A stretch of 64,000 bases of DNA from Bacteroidia bacterium (lineage in GTDB: Bacteria; Bacteroidota; Bacteroidia; J057), in contig JAWPMV010000004.1 of the NCBI GenBank assembly GCA_033391075.1, positions 182,642 through 246,641 of the forward strand, in the 5' to 3' direction. Below the pieces are notes generated by a model. That model was not told where the DNA came from. It searched no databases and worked only from the letters and a program-made list of their open reading frames with translations. Position 1 is the first letter of the stretch, and every line of letters begins with the position of its first letter. Below are positions 53,878 through 62,628 of the stretch, one piece after another. A program made the position numbers and the translations under genes.

Positions 53878-55827
53878 ATGAAAAAGTTTTTTAAACTACT
53901 CGGCTACCTTTTTGGAGGGCTTTTGCTTATCCTCTTGATCACTTTTGTCATTTTCCGTATCAAATGGGGCATGGAGTCCTCCCGGAATATGAAATTAGCA
54001 GGTGAACCCACTCCACGTCTCACCATCGATGGGCATACTTTTCGGGACCTAAACAAAAATGGGGCTTTGGATGTCTATGAGGATGTTCGTGCGCCACAAG
54101 CAGAACGCATAGAAGATCTGCTTGCTCAAATGAATGTAGAAGAGAAAGCCGGGATGTTGTTTGCCCACTTTTTGGCGATGAATCCGGATGGTTCTCTGAT
54201 GGAGATTCCCACTCCTTCAGACCCTTTTTCGATTATGGGTGAGAACACATCAACGACTATCCTGAAGTATAAAATGAATCAGGTCCAAAATCTCTTTGGA
54301 ACCTCCGCAAAAAATTATGCCATTTGGAACAACAATCTCCAGGACTTAGCTGAAAGGACTCGCTTGGGCATTCCGATTACGCTACTTTCTGATCCCAGAC
54401 ATGGAGCGACGGGTATGGCAGGAGCAAGCGCGGAGAATAAATGGATTTCTACCTGGCCTTCACAGTTGGGCCTGGCTGCAACCAGGGATTCCGCTTTGGT
54501 GCATGAATTTGGAGATATAGCCCGACAGGAATATTTGGCGATTGGCATTCGTCTTGCCCAACATCCTATGGCAGATATTTCTACCGATCCCCGATGGGCC
54601 CGTGTAAATGGAACCTTCGGCGAGGATGCTGACTTGAGTGCTAAGCTCATTAAGGCTTATGTACTGGGATTTCAGGGAGATACCTTATCGAATACAAGCG
54701 TAGCTTGTCAGGTTAAGCATTTTCCTGGTGGGGGTCCACAGGAAGATGGCTGGGATGCTCACTTTGCTTCGGGTAAAGGCCAGGTCTATCCCGGAAATAA
54801 ATTCGACTATCACTTGAAGCCTTTTACCGAGGGTTCGATGGCTGCTCATGCCGCTCAGTATATGCCCTATTATGGCATACCCAAAGGATTGGGCTTTGAA
54901 GAAGTGGGTTTCAGTTTTAATAAAGACATCATTCAGGGCTTATTAAGGGATTCATTGGGTTTTGAAGGAGTGGTGGCAACGGACTGGGGAATCATCTCTG
55001 ATGCGGCTGTCAAAGAAGCTTCTGCCTGGGGAGTAGAACATTTATCAGAAAAAGATCGAATCAAAAAAGTGCTGGATGCCGGTTGTGATCTTTTTGGCGG
55101 AGAGTACAGAGTAGATTTGGTGGTAGAATTGGTAAAGGAGGGAAGTCTTTCCGAAGAAAGACTGGATGTTTCCGTTCGGAGATTGTTGCGAGATAAATTT
55201 ACCCTGGGACTTTTTGATGATCCTTTCGTTGATCCGGACAAGACGGATATTGTTGGTAATCCCACCTTTGTAGAAAAAGGAAAAGAAGCTCAAAGAAAAT
55301 CCATGGTTTTGCTGAAAAATGAAGCGGACTTTCTTCCCCTTTCTCCGGATACAAAGGTCTATCTACATGGGATGGAATCGGAAAGCTTAGCAGAAAAATT
55401 CCCTCAAATTGTGGATGATATGGATGAGGCAGATGTGATTGTTCAAAAATTGGGGACTCCTTCTTCTCCTCCAAAAGGGAGCAGTTTATTAGAATTTATG
55501 ATTCCACAAGGAAGACTTGATTTTGAAGAGGATGAAAAGGCTGAAATTTTGACTAGAACTCAATCAAAACCTACGATAACGGTTTTGACCATTACTCGCC
55601 CGCCCGTAGTTCCTGAAATTGATGCTGCCAGTAAAGCCATGATTGCTGATTTCGAATGTCAGGAGGAAATTATTCTCGAAATGATATTTGGGAATTTCAA
55701 TCCCAGTGGCAAACTGCCCGTTGAAATTCCCTCCTCTGTGGAAGCCGCCAATAACCAACTGGAAGATGTTCCTTATGATTCCGAAAAGCCTTTATACAAA
55801 TACGGACATGGGCTGAGTTATAATTAA
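53878..55827 (+). CDS. glycoside hydrolase family 3 (beta-glucosidase/BglX-like)
   Basis: Has KHFPGGGPQEDG and GFEGVVATDWG (the nucleophile Asp context), followed by a C-terminal alpha/beta sandwich. The start at MKKFFKLLGY gives a TM/signal anchor. Confidence 0.9.
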   Translation: MKKFFKLLGYLFGGLLLILLITFVIFRIKWGMESSRNMKLAGEPTPRLTIDGHTFRDLNKNGALDVYEDVRAPQAERIEDLLAQMNVEEKAGMLFAHFLAMNPDGSLMEIPTPSDPFSIMGENTSTTILKYKMNQVQNLFGTSAKNYAIWNNNLQDLAERTRLGIPITLLSDPRHGATGMAGASAENKWISTWPSQLGLAATRDSALVHEFGDIARQEYLAIGIRLAQHPMADISTDPRWARVNGTFGEDADLSAKLIKAYVLGFQGDTLSNTSVACQVKHFPGGGPQEDGWDAHFASGKGQVYPGNKFDYHLKPFTEGSMAAHAAQYMPYYGIPKGLGFEEVGFSFNKDIIQGLLRDSLGFEGVVATDWGIISDAAVKEASAWGVEHLSEKDRIKKVLDAGCDLFGGEYRVDLVVELVKEGSLSEERLDVSVRRLLRDKFTLGLFDDPFVDPDKTDIVGNPTFVEKGKEAQRKSMVLLKNEADFLPLSPDTKVYLHGMESESLAEKFPQIVDDMDEADVIVQKLGTPSSPPKGSSLLEFMIPQGRLDFEEDEKAEILTRTQSKPTITVLTITRPPVVPEIDAASKAMIADFECQEEIILEMIFGNFNPSGKLPVEIPSSVEAANNQLEDVPYDSEKPLYKYGHGLSYN

Positions 55828-56029
55828 CGTTCTCCGGATGAAATGAATTTTACCTGAGCTTTGTCCATAGAATTAAAGAATCTATTGGAACTATAATGTA
55901 CGAATATTGCTGTAAGGAGGATAGGCTTAGAATCGCAGAAGGTTTATTATGAAAAATAAGAATATATATGCGTAATAATTTATAGTATTTGGTTTTTTAA
56001 AAAATACAGAAGGAGCCTAGCTTCGACCT

Positions 56030-56572
56030 ATGAACAAGAACCACCTATATATCTTCTTGCTTGTAGGTATAAGTAGTCTTTTTTGCTTTCAGGCAGTAAG
56101 TAGTAGGTCCCAAATTCAGGATTTGAAGGAACAGTTGGAGAAAGTACAAAGCCAAAAACTAGAAGGAGCACATGATTCAGAGGCAGTTTTATTAGATGCC
56201 ATGGAAAGATTTCAGCGTTTTGGAACAAAGCTTTGGTATGCAGGAACAAATGAGAATTGGGAGTTGGCCTCTTTTTACACCCACGAAATTGAAGAAGTGA
56301 TAGAAGAATTGCAGGAAAGCAATATCGAAGAAGAAGGGCAGAAAGTATCCGAACTTGTAAGACGCATGCCTTTACCTGCTTTGGTGGAAGTAGAAGAAAG
56401 CATTCACCAAAAGAGCTATACACATTTCAAAAATTCCTATAAAATGCTGGTTACTTCCTGCAATGCTTGTCATGCGGCTACTCAAAAGCCTTTTATACAG
56501 ATCCAGGTTCCCGATCAGGAAATGAATGGAAATCAGATTTACCGGATTGCAGATTTAGGAATACAAGAATAA
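56030..56572 (+). CDS. secreted helical protein with single C-terminal CxxCH motif (class II cytochrome c-like candidate)
   Basis: Signal peptide, predicted all-helical body, and CNACH near the C-terminus (TSCNACHAATQKPF). This is the placement seen in cytochrome c'/c556-type four-helix bundles. Confidence 0.4.
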   Translation: MNKNHLYIFLLVGISSLFCFQAVSSRSQIQDLKEQLEKVQSQKLEGAHDSEAVLLDAMERFQRFGTKLWYAGTNENWELASFYTHEIEEVIEELQESNIEEEGQKVSELVRRMPLPALVEVEESIHQKSYTHFKNSYKMLVTSCNACHAATQKPFIQIQVPDQEMNGNQIYRIADLGIQE

Positions 56573-56583
56573 GTTTTCTTTCT

Positions 56584-58020
56584 CTATAATTTTTCCATGA
56601 GGGCTGAAATGGCGGCATTCATACTTTCGACCACATGAGGGCCTCCTTTACTATGCCCAAGCCGAACTATGACCATATTGTCGGAAGGGCTGATAATGAC
56701 CCTTTGTCCACCTCCGCCCGCCATAAAATAGGCATCCTCTGGCAAGCTTGCCCAACGATTTCCTTCATTGAGCCAAAATTGGCCTCCGTATTCAGGAACT
56801 TCCCAGCCCGGAGCAGGAGTCGAAACAAAATCTGTAAATCCTTCGGGAAGCAATCTCTCCCCCATCCACCTACCCTCATTGAGGTATAGCATACCCATCC
56901 TTGCCCAGTTTCGTCCAGTACCATAATCGAAACCCGTCAAAATGAAATTTCCTTTAATGTCCGTTTCCATTACCTGCTTACGAATCCCAATCTTATCAAA
57001 AAGTTCCTTTTGTGGCCACTGATGGTAATTTTCTCCCATAGCTTCAACTTTCTCCCTCACAATCTTGCCTAAGGTAAGCGGATCGCAATTGCGATACCTG
57101 CCTGTACTTCCCGGCGCATATTCCAGGGGTCTGTTTACCGCAAAATCAAATACATCCAGGGCCTCCATGTAAATGTATAAGTGAGGTAATTCGAGTAAAG
57201 GAATTTTGCGATCGGGATCGCGATGGGCAGCAAATCGAAGTCCCGAACTCATATTGAGCAATTGCCTAATGCTGATTTCTCCTCTGGGATCTCCCTCTTT
57301 CTGCCATTCTGCTATGGGAGCTTTCTGATCCAATTTCAATTCCCCCATTTGCATAAGTCTGCCTATCAAAGTTGCTGTAAGACTTTTGCCCATGGACCAG
57401 CTTTCCAATTGCATATCTTTGTGGGCTCCGTTTCCATATTGCTCCAAAAGGATATTTCCGTCTTTAACAACCAGAAAAGCCGCTGTAAAAGCTTCCGGAG
57501 CAAATGCTTTCTCTAATACCTCTGCATACTTTTCCTCATTAATCCTGGGTATCTCCTGCGAAATCCGATCTCCCATCGGCCAATCCATGCCTTCGGCAGG
57601 AGGCAATTGGGAGCTAACGGCTATCGGACTAAACTGAATTCCCTTTTTACTATCAAGTATACAGCCCTGGTCTCCATAGTAAGTTGCACTTCTACTCGTA
57701 TCTCCTTCTATACCCACTTTAACTCTCTTTTCATTTTCATCCAGAAAATATTGAATCTCCTGCTCCTCCGAGAAAAAGAGTTCCATTTTGCTATTTACAG
57801 CTGCTTCATCTATTTCTCTGCCCGAAACAAAGACTGCCGAGCATAGGACTTTGGCATAATTTCCCAAAGCCAAATAAGTAGGGCTACCTGTAGGTTGTTG
57901 GGTATCTTCCCAGGATTGGTATTCCAGAGATTTGGGTACTGGCTCATAGGGAGGCTTAGAATCCTTGCATGAAGTGGATAGCAGTAAGAGGCTGATTAAG
58001 AGGTAGTAAGTAGGTTTCAT
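56584..58020 (-). CDS. serine hydrolase, beta-lactamase-related lipoprotein
   Basis: Lipoprotein signal (LLLLSTSCKD) and an SxxK motif (WSMGKSLTA). The C-terminal GGGGQRVII pattern is common in this family. Confidence 0.8.
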   Translation of the reverse strand: MKPTYYLLISLLLLSTSCKDSKPPYEPVPKSLEYQSWEDTQQPTGSPTYLALGNYAKVLCSAVFVSGREIDEAAVNSKMELFFSEEQEIQYFLDENEKRVKVGIEGDTSRSATYYGDQGCILDSKKGIQFSPIAVSSQLPPAEGMDWPMGDRISQEIPRINEEKYAEVLEKAFAPEAFTAAFLVVKDGNILLEQYGNGAHKDMQLESWSMGKSLTATLIGRLMQMGELKLDQKAPIAEWQKEGDPRGEISIRQLLNMSSGLRFAAHRDPDRKIPLLELPHLYIYMEALDVFDFAVNRPLEYAPGSTGRYRNCDPLTLGKIVREKVEAMGENYHQWPQKELFDKIGIRKQVMETDIKGNFILTGFDYGTGRNWARMGMLYLNEGRWMGERLLPEGFTDFVSTPAPGWEVPEYGGQFWLNEGNRWASLPEDAYFMAGGGGQRVIISPSDNMVIVRLGHSKGGPHVVESMNAAISALMEKL

Positions 58021-58123
58021 CTTATCTTGAATTTACAGGTATAAGTTAAGCCTTCATCTGTCTTTTTCATAAGACCGATTTAAATCTTGCAGAGGACCTC
58101 TTTTCAGAATAGACAAATTTAGC

Positions 58124-59359
58124 TTAGGAGATCTCGTTTTTTTTCTTGAGTAGATATTGCTTTTCCACCTCATTACTACAGAGATCAATGGCAATTTCGA
58201 GCTGTTTAAGAGCTCCTTCTGGATCCCCCTGATACTTCAAAAGATCTGCATAGGTTGCAAAGTAGAGATAGGCTTTTTGCTCCAGACTTTCTGGATCGAG
58301 GCGCATCAAATATTGTTCAGCCTGACTAAATGCCCCCCTCTGAATATGGATGGCTGCAATATTGAGCTGAGTAAAAAGGGAGGGAGATATCTTCTGCAAT
58401 TGCTCATACCATATCAGGATTTGGTCCCAATTGGTATCCTCATAGGTCTTGGCCTTCAAATGTTCACTGGCAATTGCTGCTTCATAATGATAAACACTGA
58501 AAGCCTCTGTTTCTACTGCCTGATTCATGGCAGAATGTCCCAAAATGATGAGAGGGCCATACCATTTGGATCGATCCTGGGACCGGAGGCTGATGATTTC
58601 CTGATGCTCATTTACTTTACTTTTCAAACGGGCAGAGTGAAAACAAAGCAGAGCAAATAGTGCATGGGCATCTGGAGTAGCGGTATTGGGATTTTGGCGA
58701 ACGAGTTTACAGAGGCGCAGGGCTTCTCCGCAGAGGTCTTCACGAATGAGGATATTCTTTTTATTGGAGTGAAAGCCCTCATTGAAAATGAGGTAGATGA
58801 CTTCAAGCACCCGCACAAGACGCCGGGACAACTCTTGCCCCATAGGGATCTCGAAAGAGAGATTGGCTTTTTGGATGGCTTTTCTGGCTCGGATCAATCG
58901 TTTCTTTACGGTTTCTTCTTTTAGGAGTAAAGAGGCCGCTATCTCTTGAGAACTGAATCCGGAAATGGTTTTGAGCGAGAAAGCGATTTGATCTTTGGGG
59001 TTTAGGACAGGATTGCAAGCGGTAAAAATCATGCGCAACTGGCTATCCCCTATTTCGTGTTCTAAAAAGAGTTCATTGATAGCCAGGCTGGAACTCCCGC
59101 TGGCTATCTTGAACTCACGTTTTTGATCTGCGTTTAGTTTGCGTAAAAGGTCCAGGATGCGATTTTTGGCTGCCTGGGTCAACCAGGCCTCCGGATTATC
59201 CGGAATTTGTTTGCGCCAACTCATCATGGCCCGGATAAAGGTATCCTGGACAGCATCTTCTATCATCTCCAGATGCTGTAATCCAAATATTCTCGTTAAA
59301 ATGGAGACCATCTTTCCGTACTGATGTCGGAAGAGATGGTCTATCATTTTGTCTTCCAT
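58124..59359 (-). CDS. ECF-type sigma-70 factor with long C-terminal (TPR-like/DUF6596-type) extension
   Basis: Region 2 (DAVQDTFIRAMMSWR...PEAWLTQAAKNRILDLLRK), region 4 (ISGFSSQEIAASLLLKEETVKKRLIRARKAI), and a ~230-aa helical extension. Its start shares one base with the stop of the upstream YCII gene (TAATG). Confidence 0.8.
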   Translation of the reverse strand: MEDKMIDHLFRHQYGKMVSILTRIFGLQHLEMIEDAVQDTFIRAMMSWRKQIPDNPEAWLTQAAKNRILDLLRKLNADQKREFKIASGSSSLAINELFLEHEIGDSQLRMIFTACNPVLNPKDQIAFSLKTISGFSSQEIAASLLLKEETVKKRLIRARKAIQKANLSFEIPMGQELSRRLVRVLEVIYLIFNEGFHSNKKNILIREDLCGEALRLCKLVRQNPNTATPDAHALFALLCFHSARLKSKVNEHQEIISLRSQDRSKWYGPLIILGHSAMNQAVETEAFSVYHYEAAIASEHLKAKTYEDTNWDQILIWYEQLQKISPSLFTQLNIAAIHIQRGAFSQAEQYLMRLDPESLEQKAYLYFATYADLLKYQGDPEGALKQLEIAIDLCSNEVEKQYLLKKKNEIS

Positions 59360-59709
59360 TAGGCTTGGTCAAAAACCATGATTTCGCGAATTTCAACAGT
59401 TCCTCCCAGGTCATAATCCGGAAAATCCTGAGCTACTTCTATGGCTCCGTCAAAATCCTTGGCTTGAACGACATAATAGCCGCCAACCAGTTCTTTTAAT
59501 TCTGCTGAAGCTTGATCTGTAACGGTTCTGCCAGGTCCACTTACTCTTCTCATTTCCGGGTGTAGGGCATGTCCGTCTTTTACGATTCCCTGCTCTTGCA
59601 TTTTCGTATTCCAGGCAAACCATTTTCCCATTCGTGCTTGTATTTGTTCGGGGGAAAGGTTCATTTCGGAATAATCCGCTCCCAGGAATATCAGCATGTA
59701 GTCTTTCAT
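59359..59709 (-). CDS. YCII-related (DGPF) domain protein
   Basis: Has MKDYMLIF...W......G......G..L and a ...GGYYVVQAKDFDGAIEVA pattern. This family is a classical neighbour of this sigma-factor family. Confidence 0.8.
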   Translation of the reverse strand: MKDYMLIFLGADYSEMNLSPEQIQARMGKWFAWNTKMQEQGIVKDGHALHPEMRRVSGPGRTVTDQASAELKELVGGYYVVQAKDFDGAIEVAQDFPDYDLGGTVEIREIMVFDQA

Positions 59710-59742
59710 TTTCTTTATGTTATTGGTTGAAGGTTAATAAAA

Positions 59743-60075
59743 TTACATAGGAATTACTTCGTGTACCTCAATGCTTGCCTGAGGATGCCAGCTTAAGTGA
59801 GGGTGATCAGTGAAAAGACCCTGAACTTGCTCAGAACTTTCACCCTGAATGATAGAATACCCACTGACTCCTTTATCACTTTGGGTCCAGGAACTACCTT
59901 CTGCAGTAGCATTACCACTCATTAGGGGATTTCCAAAATCGACAACAGCATCTCCGCTTTTTGCTTTCCATGCCATCCAGGCTTCCATTCCCTTGGCTTT
60001 TTCTTCATCGGTGGCTGTAGACATTTGTGCCATAGCCTCTGCGGGAGCGTGGTAAATTACCAGAAATTTTTTCAT
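59743..60075 (-). CDS. YCII-like / dimeric alpha-beta barrel family protein
   Basis: 110 aa with MKKFLVIYHAP...W..W. Size and operon position match the second small protein often found with YCII/ECF clusters. The assignment is weak. Confidence 0.5.
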   Translation of the reverse strand: MKKFLVIYHAPAEAMAQMSTATDEEKAKGMEAWMAWKAKSGDAVVDFGNPLMSGNATAEGSSWTQSDKGVSGYSIIQGESSEQVQGLFTDHPHLSWHPQASIEVHEVIPM

Positions 60076-60228
60076 AAGAATCTAAGATTTTAAGGTGATT
60101 TTTCTAGATGACGAAGCTGTTTTTGAAAGAGGGGACAAAAAGCTGAAAAAAAAATCAAAAAAAATTCTGCTGCAAGTTTGAGTTTATCTCCCTTACAACA
60201 GAATCTCATTTTGTCAGAATCTTAGCTC

Positions 60229-60843
60229 CTAATTTTGGGGAAAAGAAGCGTCAGCCAAAATCTCTTTTATCTGATCTGTATGGCGAACCGAATGACCCGA
60301 CATAAACATGATCAACTGATAGGTATCTACCTTGCCAAAGGGAAAATCAAAGAAATGGTTGCGCATATCTGCATCACTGGTTTTGACAAATTTGATGCTA
60401 TGCTTGCGCAATTTTTTAAATTCCACTTTTGTATTTGTGCTATTCCCAAACTGATTTTTGGGAGTCAGATCATCTGAAGCTTTGGCTTTAAAGGAACGAT
60501 CGGTAATCAGTCCCACTACCTGTTCATCTGAAAACTTCAATTCTTTTCGCAGCTCAGGTTTTGCATCTCCTTCCAGGGTCTTTTGGGACAGCCCAAACAA
60601 GCCTTTTTCTGAAACAGTAATGTGCTCCAGACATTCTGCGATGGACCAGGAATTTTCATTGGGTTTGAAGTTGAGCTGTTCAGTAGATAGGCCCTTGATC
60701 GATTTGAGCAGTTCTTTTTGGGAAGCCTTTAAATGGGCTATGGCTTTCTGTCTTTCAGCTTTGTTCAGGCTATTCTGAGCGAATAGGCCTTGTCCGAGAA
60801 GTAGAAAGACAATTAGCCAAAGAGGGTGTAGGATTCTTTGCAT
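60229..60843 (-). CDS. secreted DinB-family protein
   Basis: Signal peptide, with WSIAECLEHITVSE and a C-terminal SGHSVRHTDQIKE His motif. Confidence 0.75.
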   Translation of the reverse strand: MQRILHPLWLIVFLLLGQGLFAQNSLNKAERQKAIAHLKASQKELLKSIKGLSTEQLNFKPNENSWSIAECLEHITVSEKGLFGLSQKTLEGDAKPELRKELKFSDEQVVGLITDRSFKAKASDDLTPKNQFGNSTNTKVEFKKLRKHSIKFVKTSDADMRNHFFDFPFGKVDTYQLIMFMSGHSVRHTDQIKEILADASFPQN

Positions 60844-61015
60844 AAAACTGTATTTGTTGATGATTAAGGATGAAAAGCCAAATTAATTGGCAATTTGCAT
60901 CGAAAATATAAACAAAATTAGCATTATGCTAAATATTTTATCCACAAATACCTTGATTTGCTAGACAAATTGGGATGTATAGTAGACCTGATTGATAAAG
61001 GATAGCTTGGGAAGC

Positions 61016-61459
61016 TCAGTTTTTACTTTTTTCTAAATGCAGTTTCATGACTTCTGCTGCGCCCACTTTATTTTGATTGCTAATATGTTCAATGATGCTA
61101 TCATGTTCATAAATCGCTTCAAAGAAACTATTGAGATCCTGTTTCTTTCTGCTATTGAACAAATCAAATAGGTCAGGGAAAATCTTAAGATATAGGGACT
61201 TAAGTACACTATTTTTACTTGCAGCCACCACTTCCAAATGAAAGAGCAAATCCTCCTCAAGGGCTTCTGCCTGATCAAGTCTTTGCTCCCGGAAATCATC
61301 TTGTGCAGCCTGAATACTCCGTAGATTTTCTGAGCTTCTTCTTTCCGCCGCCATTTGTACTGCGGTAATTTCCAAAATTTCTCGGGCTTCGATGAGATGA
61401 TCAGCGTGCGTATTTGGATTCATAAATTCTCCGTTTCTTTTACAGATTCTATAAGACAA
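61016..61459 (-). CDS. FCD-domain protein (C-terminal ligand-binding domain of GntR/FadR regulators) lacking the wHTH
   Basis: Has EAREILEITAVQMAAERRSSENLRSIQ...LLFHLEVVAASKNSVL...H..I..I. Only 77 nt separate it from the upstream gene, leaving no room for a DNA-binding domain. Confidence 0.6.
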   Translation of the reverse strand: MSYRICKRNGEFMNPNTHADHLIEAREILEITAVQMAAERRSSENLRSIQAAQDDFREQRLDQAEALEEDLLFHLEVVAASKNSVLKSLYLKIFPDLFDLFNSRKKQDLNSFFEAIYEHDSIIEHISNQNKVGAAEVMKLHLEKSKN

Positions 61460-61536
61460 TAATTTGAGAACAATCTTTCTGTTTTAACTTCTGAAGGTGT
61501 ATGCCTGGGTTTATGGAAAATATGGCCTTCACTTTA

Positions 61537-62628
61537 TCAAGTAGGGGGATAACAAAGCAGGATCGTTGAATCTATTTTGGAATTAAATTCTACTCCATCC
61601 ATAGCCGCTGAAAAGAATATTTCGTCTCCCTGCTCATATTCATATTCCTGGCCATCATACTGAATCCATCCTTTGCCTGAGTAAATCACAGCTACATAAA
61701 AACTGCCATTTCCTTTATGAACATAGCGGCCTGACAAATCGAGCTTGCTGACTCCAAAACAATCTGTATGGGTTTCATTAAATATCGTACTGAGTTGGTA
61801 GCCTACTCCTTTCTCGAGCACTTGAGGGATGATCTTCCACCGTTTAAGGGCTTCTTCATACGAACATGGATCATAATGGAAGCAATCCAACATCTTCTCC
61901 TCACCTACTCCCTGATGGATCAGGTCATCGCTGATTACCAAGCCTGCAGGTGTAATCTTTTCCACACGCATAGTATAGTCTGTTGGCTCCTGCACCTCCA
62001 ATAAAAAACAAGCACTTCCTATGGCATGAGGCACTCCTCCATATATCATGAAAGCATCACCTGACTCCACCGGAAATCGATGCAGACATTTGAGCATGCC
62101 TTCAATGTCCTGATTGAGAAAGAGTTCTCTCCAGCTCTCCTTAGTTACTCCTTCTTTAAAGCCCATGTAAACGGCACTCTTTTCTCCCTCAATTTCACGC
62201 CCTCCCAGTACATACCAGGATTCTGTTTTTCCAAACTGAGAACCCAGCATTTCCCGGGCATACTTCTTATCAGGATGTACTTGAATTGTAAGTCGCTCTT
62301 TTGAATCCAGGATTTTGATCAAGACTCCGGTAGTACCATACTTTTCTGCTAACTGCTTCCCTAAAAAGAGTTCCCGCTCGGAATCAATCAGTTCTTTTAG
62401 AGAAATTTCACCTTCCGGACTCCGCAAAATGCTGAGACCTTCATTTGCAGGGCGGCCTTTTCCCCGGGCTGAAATGGTAGACATGATCCATTCTTCCGGA
62501 AAACTCCCATCCTCCTCACTTGCCTCTTTTTTCCAACGATCAATTAAAGCTCCTCCTTCATAGGTTCGCCACACTCTATTGTTTTTTTGCTTGAGGGGAA
62601 TATGAGCTAATGATTTTAAATCTCTCAT
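61537..62628 (-). CDS. type I phosphomannose-isomerase-like cupin
   Basis: Has LTIQVHPDKKYA, GKTESWYVLG and YGGVPHAIGSACFLLEVQEPTD (PMI type I zinc-site pattern). Confidence 0.7.
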   Translation of the reverse strand: MRDLKSLAHIPLKQKNNRVWRTYEGGALIDRWKKEASEEDGSFPEEWIMSTISARGKGRPANEGLSILRSPEGEISLKELIDSERELFLGKQLAEKYGTTGVLIKILDSKERLTIQVHPDKKYAREMLGSQFGKTESWYVLGGREIEGEKSAVYMGFKEGVTKESWRELFLNQDIEGMLKCLHRFPVESGDAFMIYGGVPHAIGSACFLLEVQEPTDYTMRVEKITPAGLVISDDLIHQGVGEEKMLDCFHYDPCSYEEALKRWKIIPQVLEKGVGYQLSTIFNETHTDCFGVSKLDLSGRYVHKGNGSFYVAVIYSGKGWIQYDGQEYEYEQGDEIFFSAAMDGVEFNSKIDSTILLCYPPT

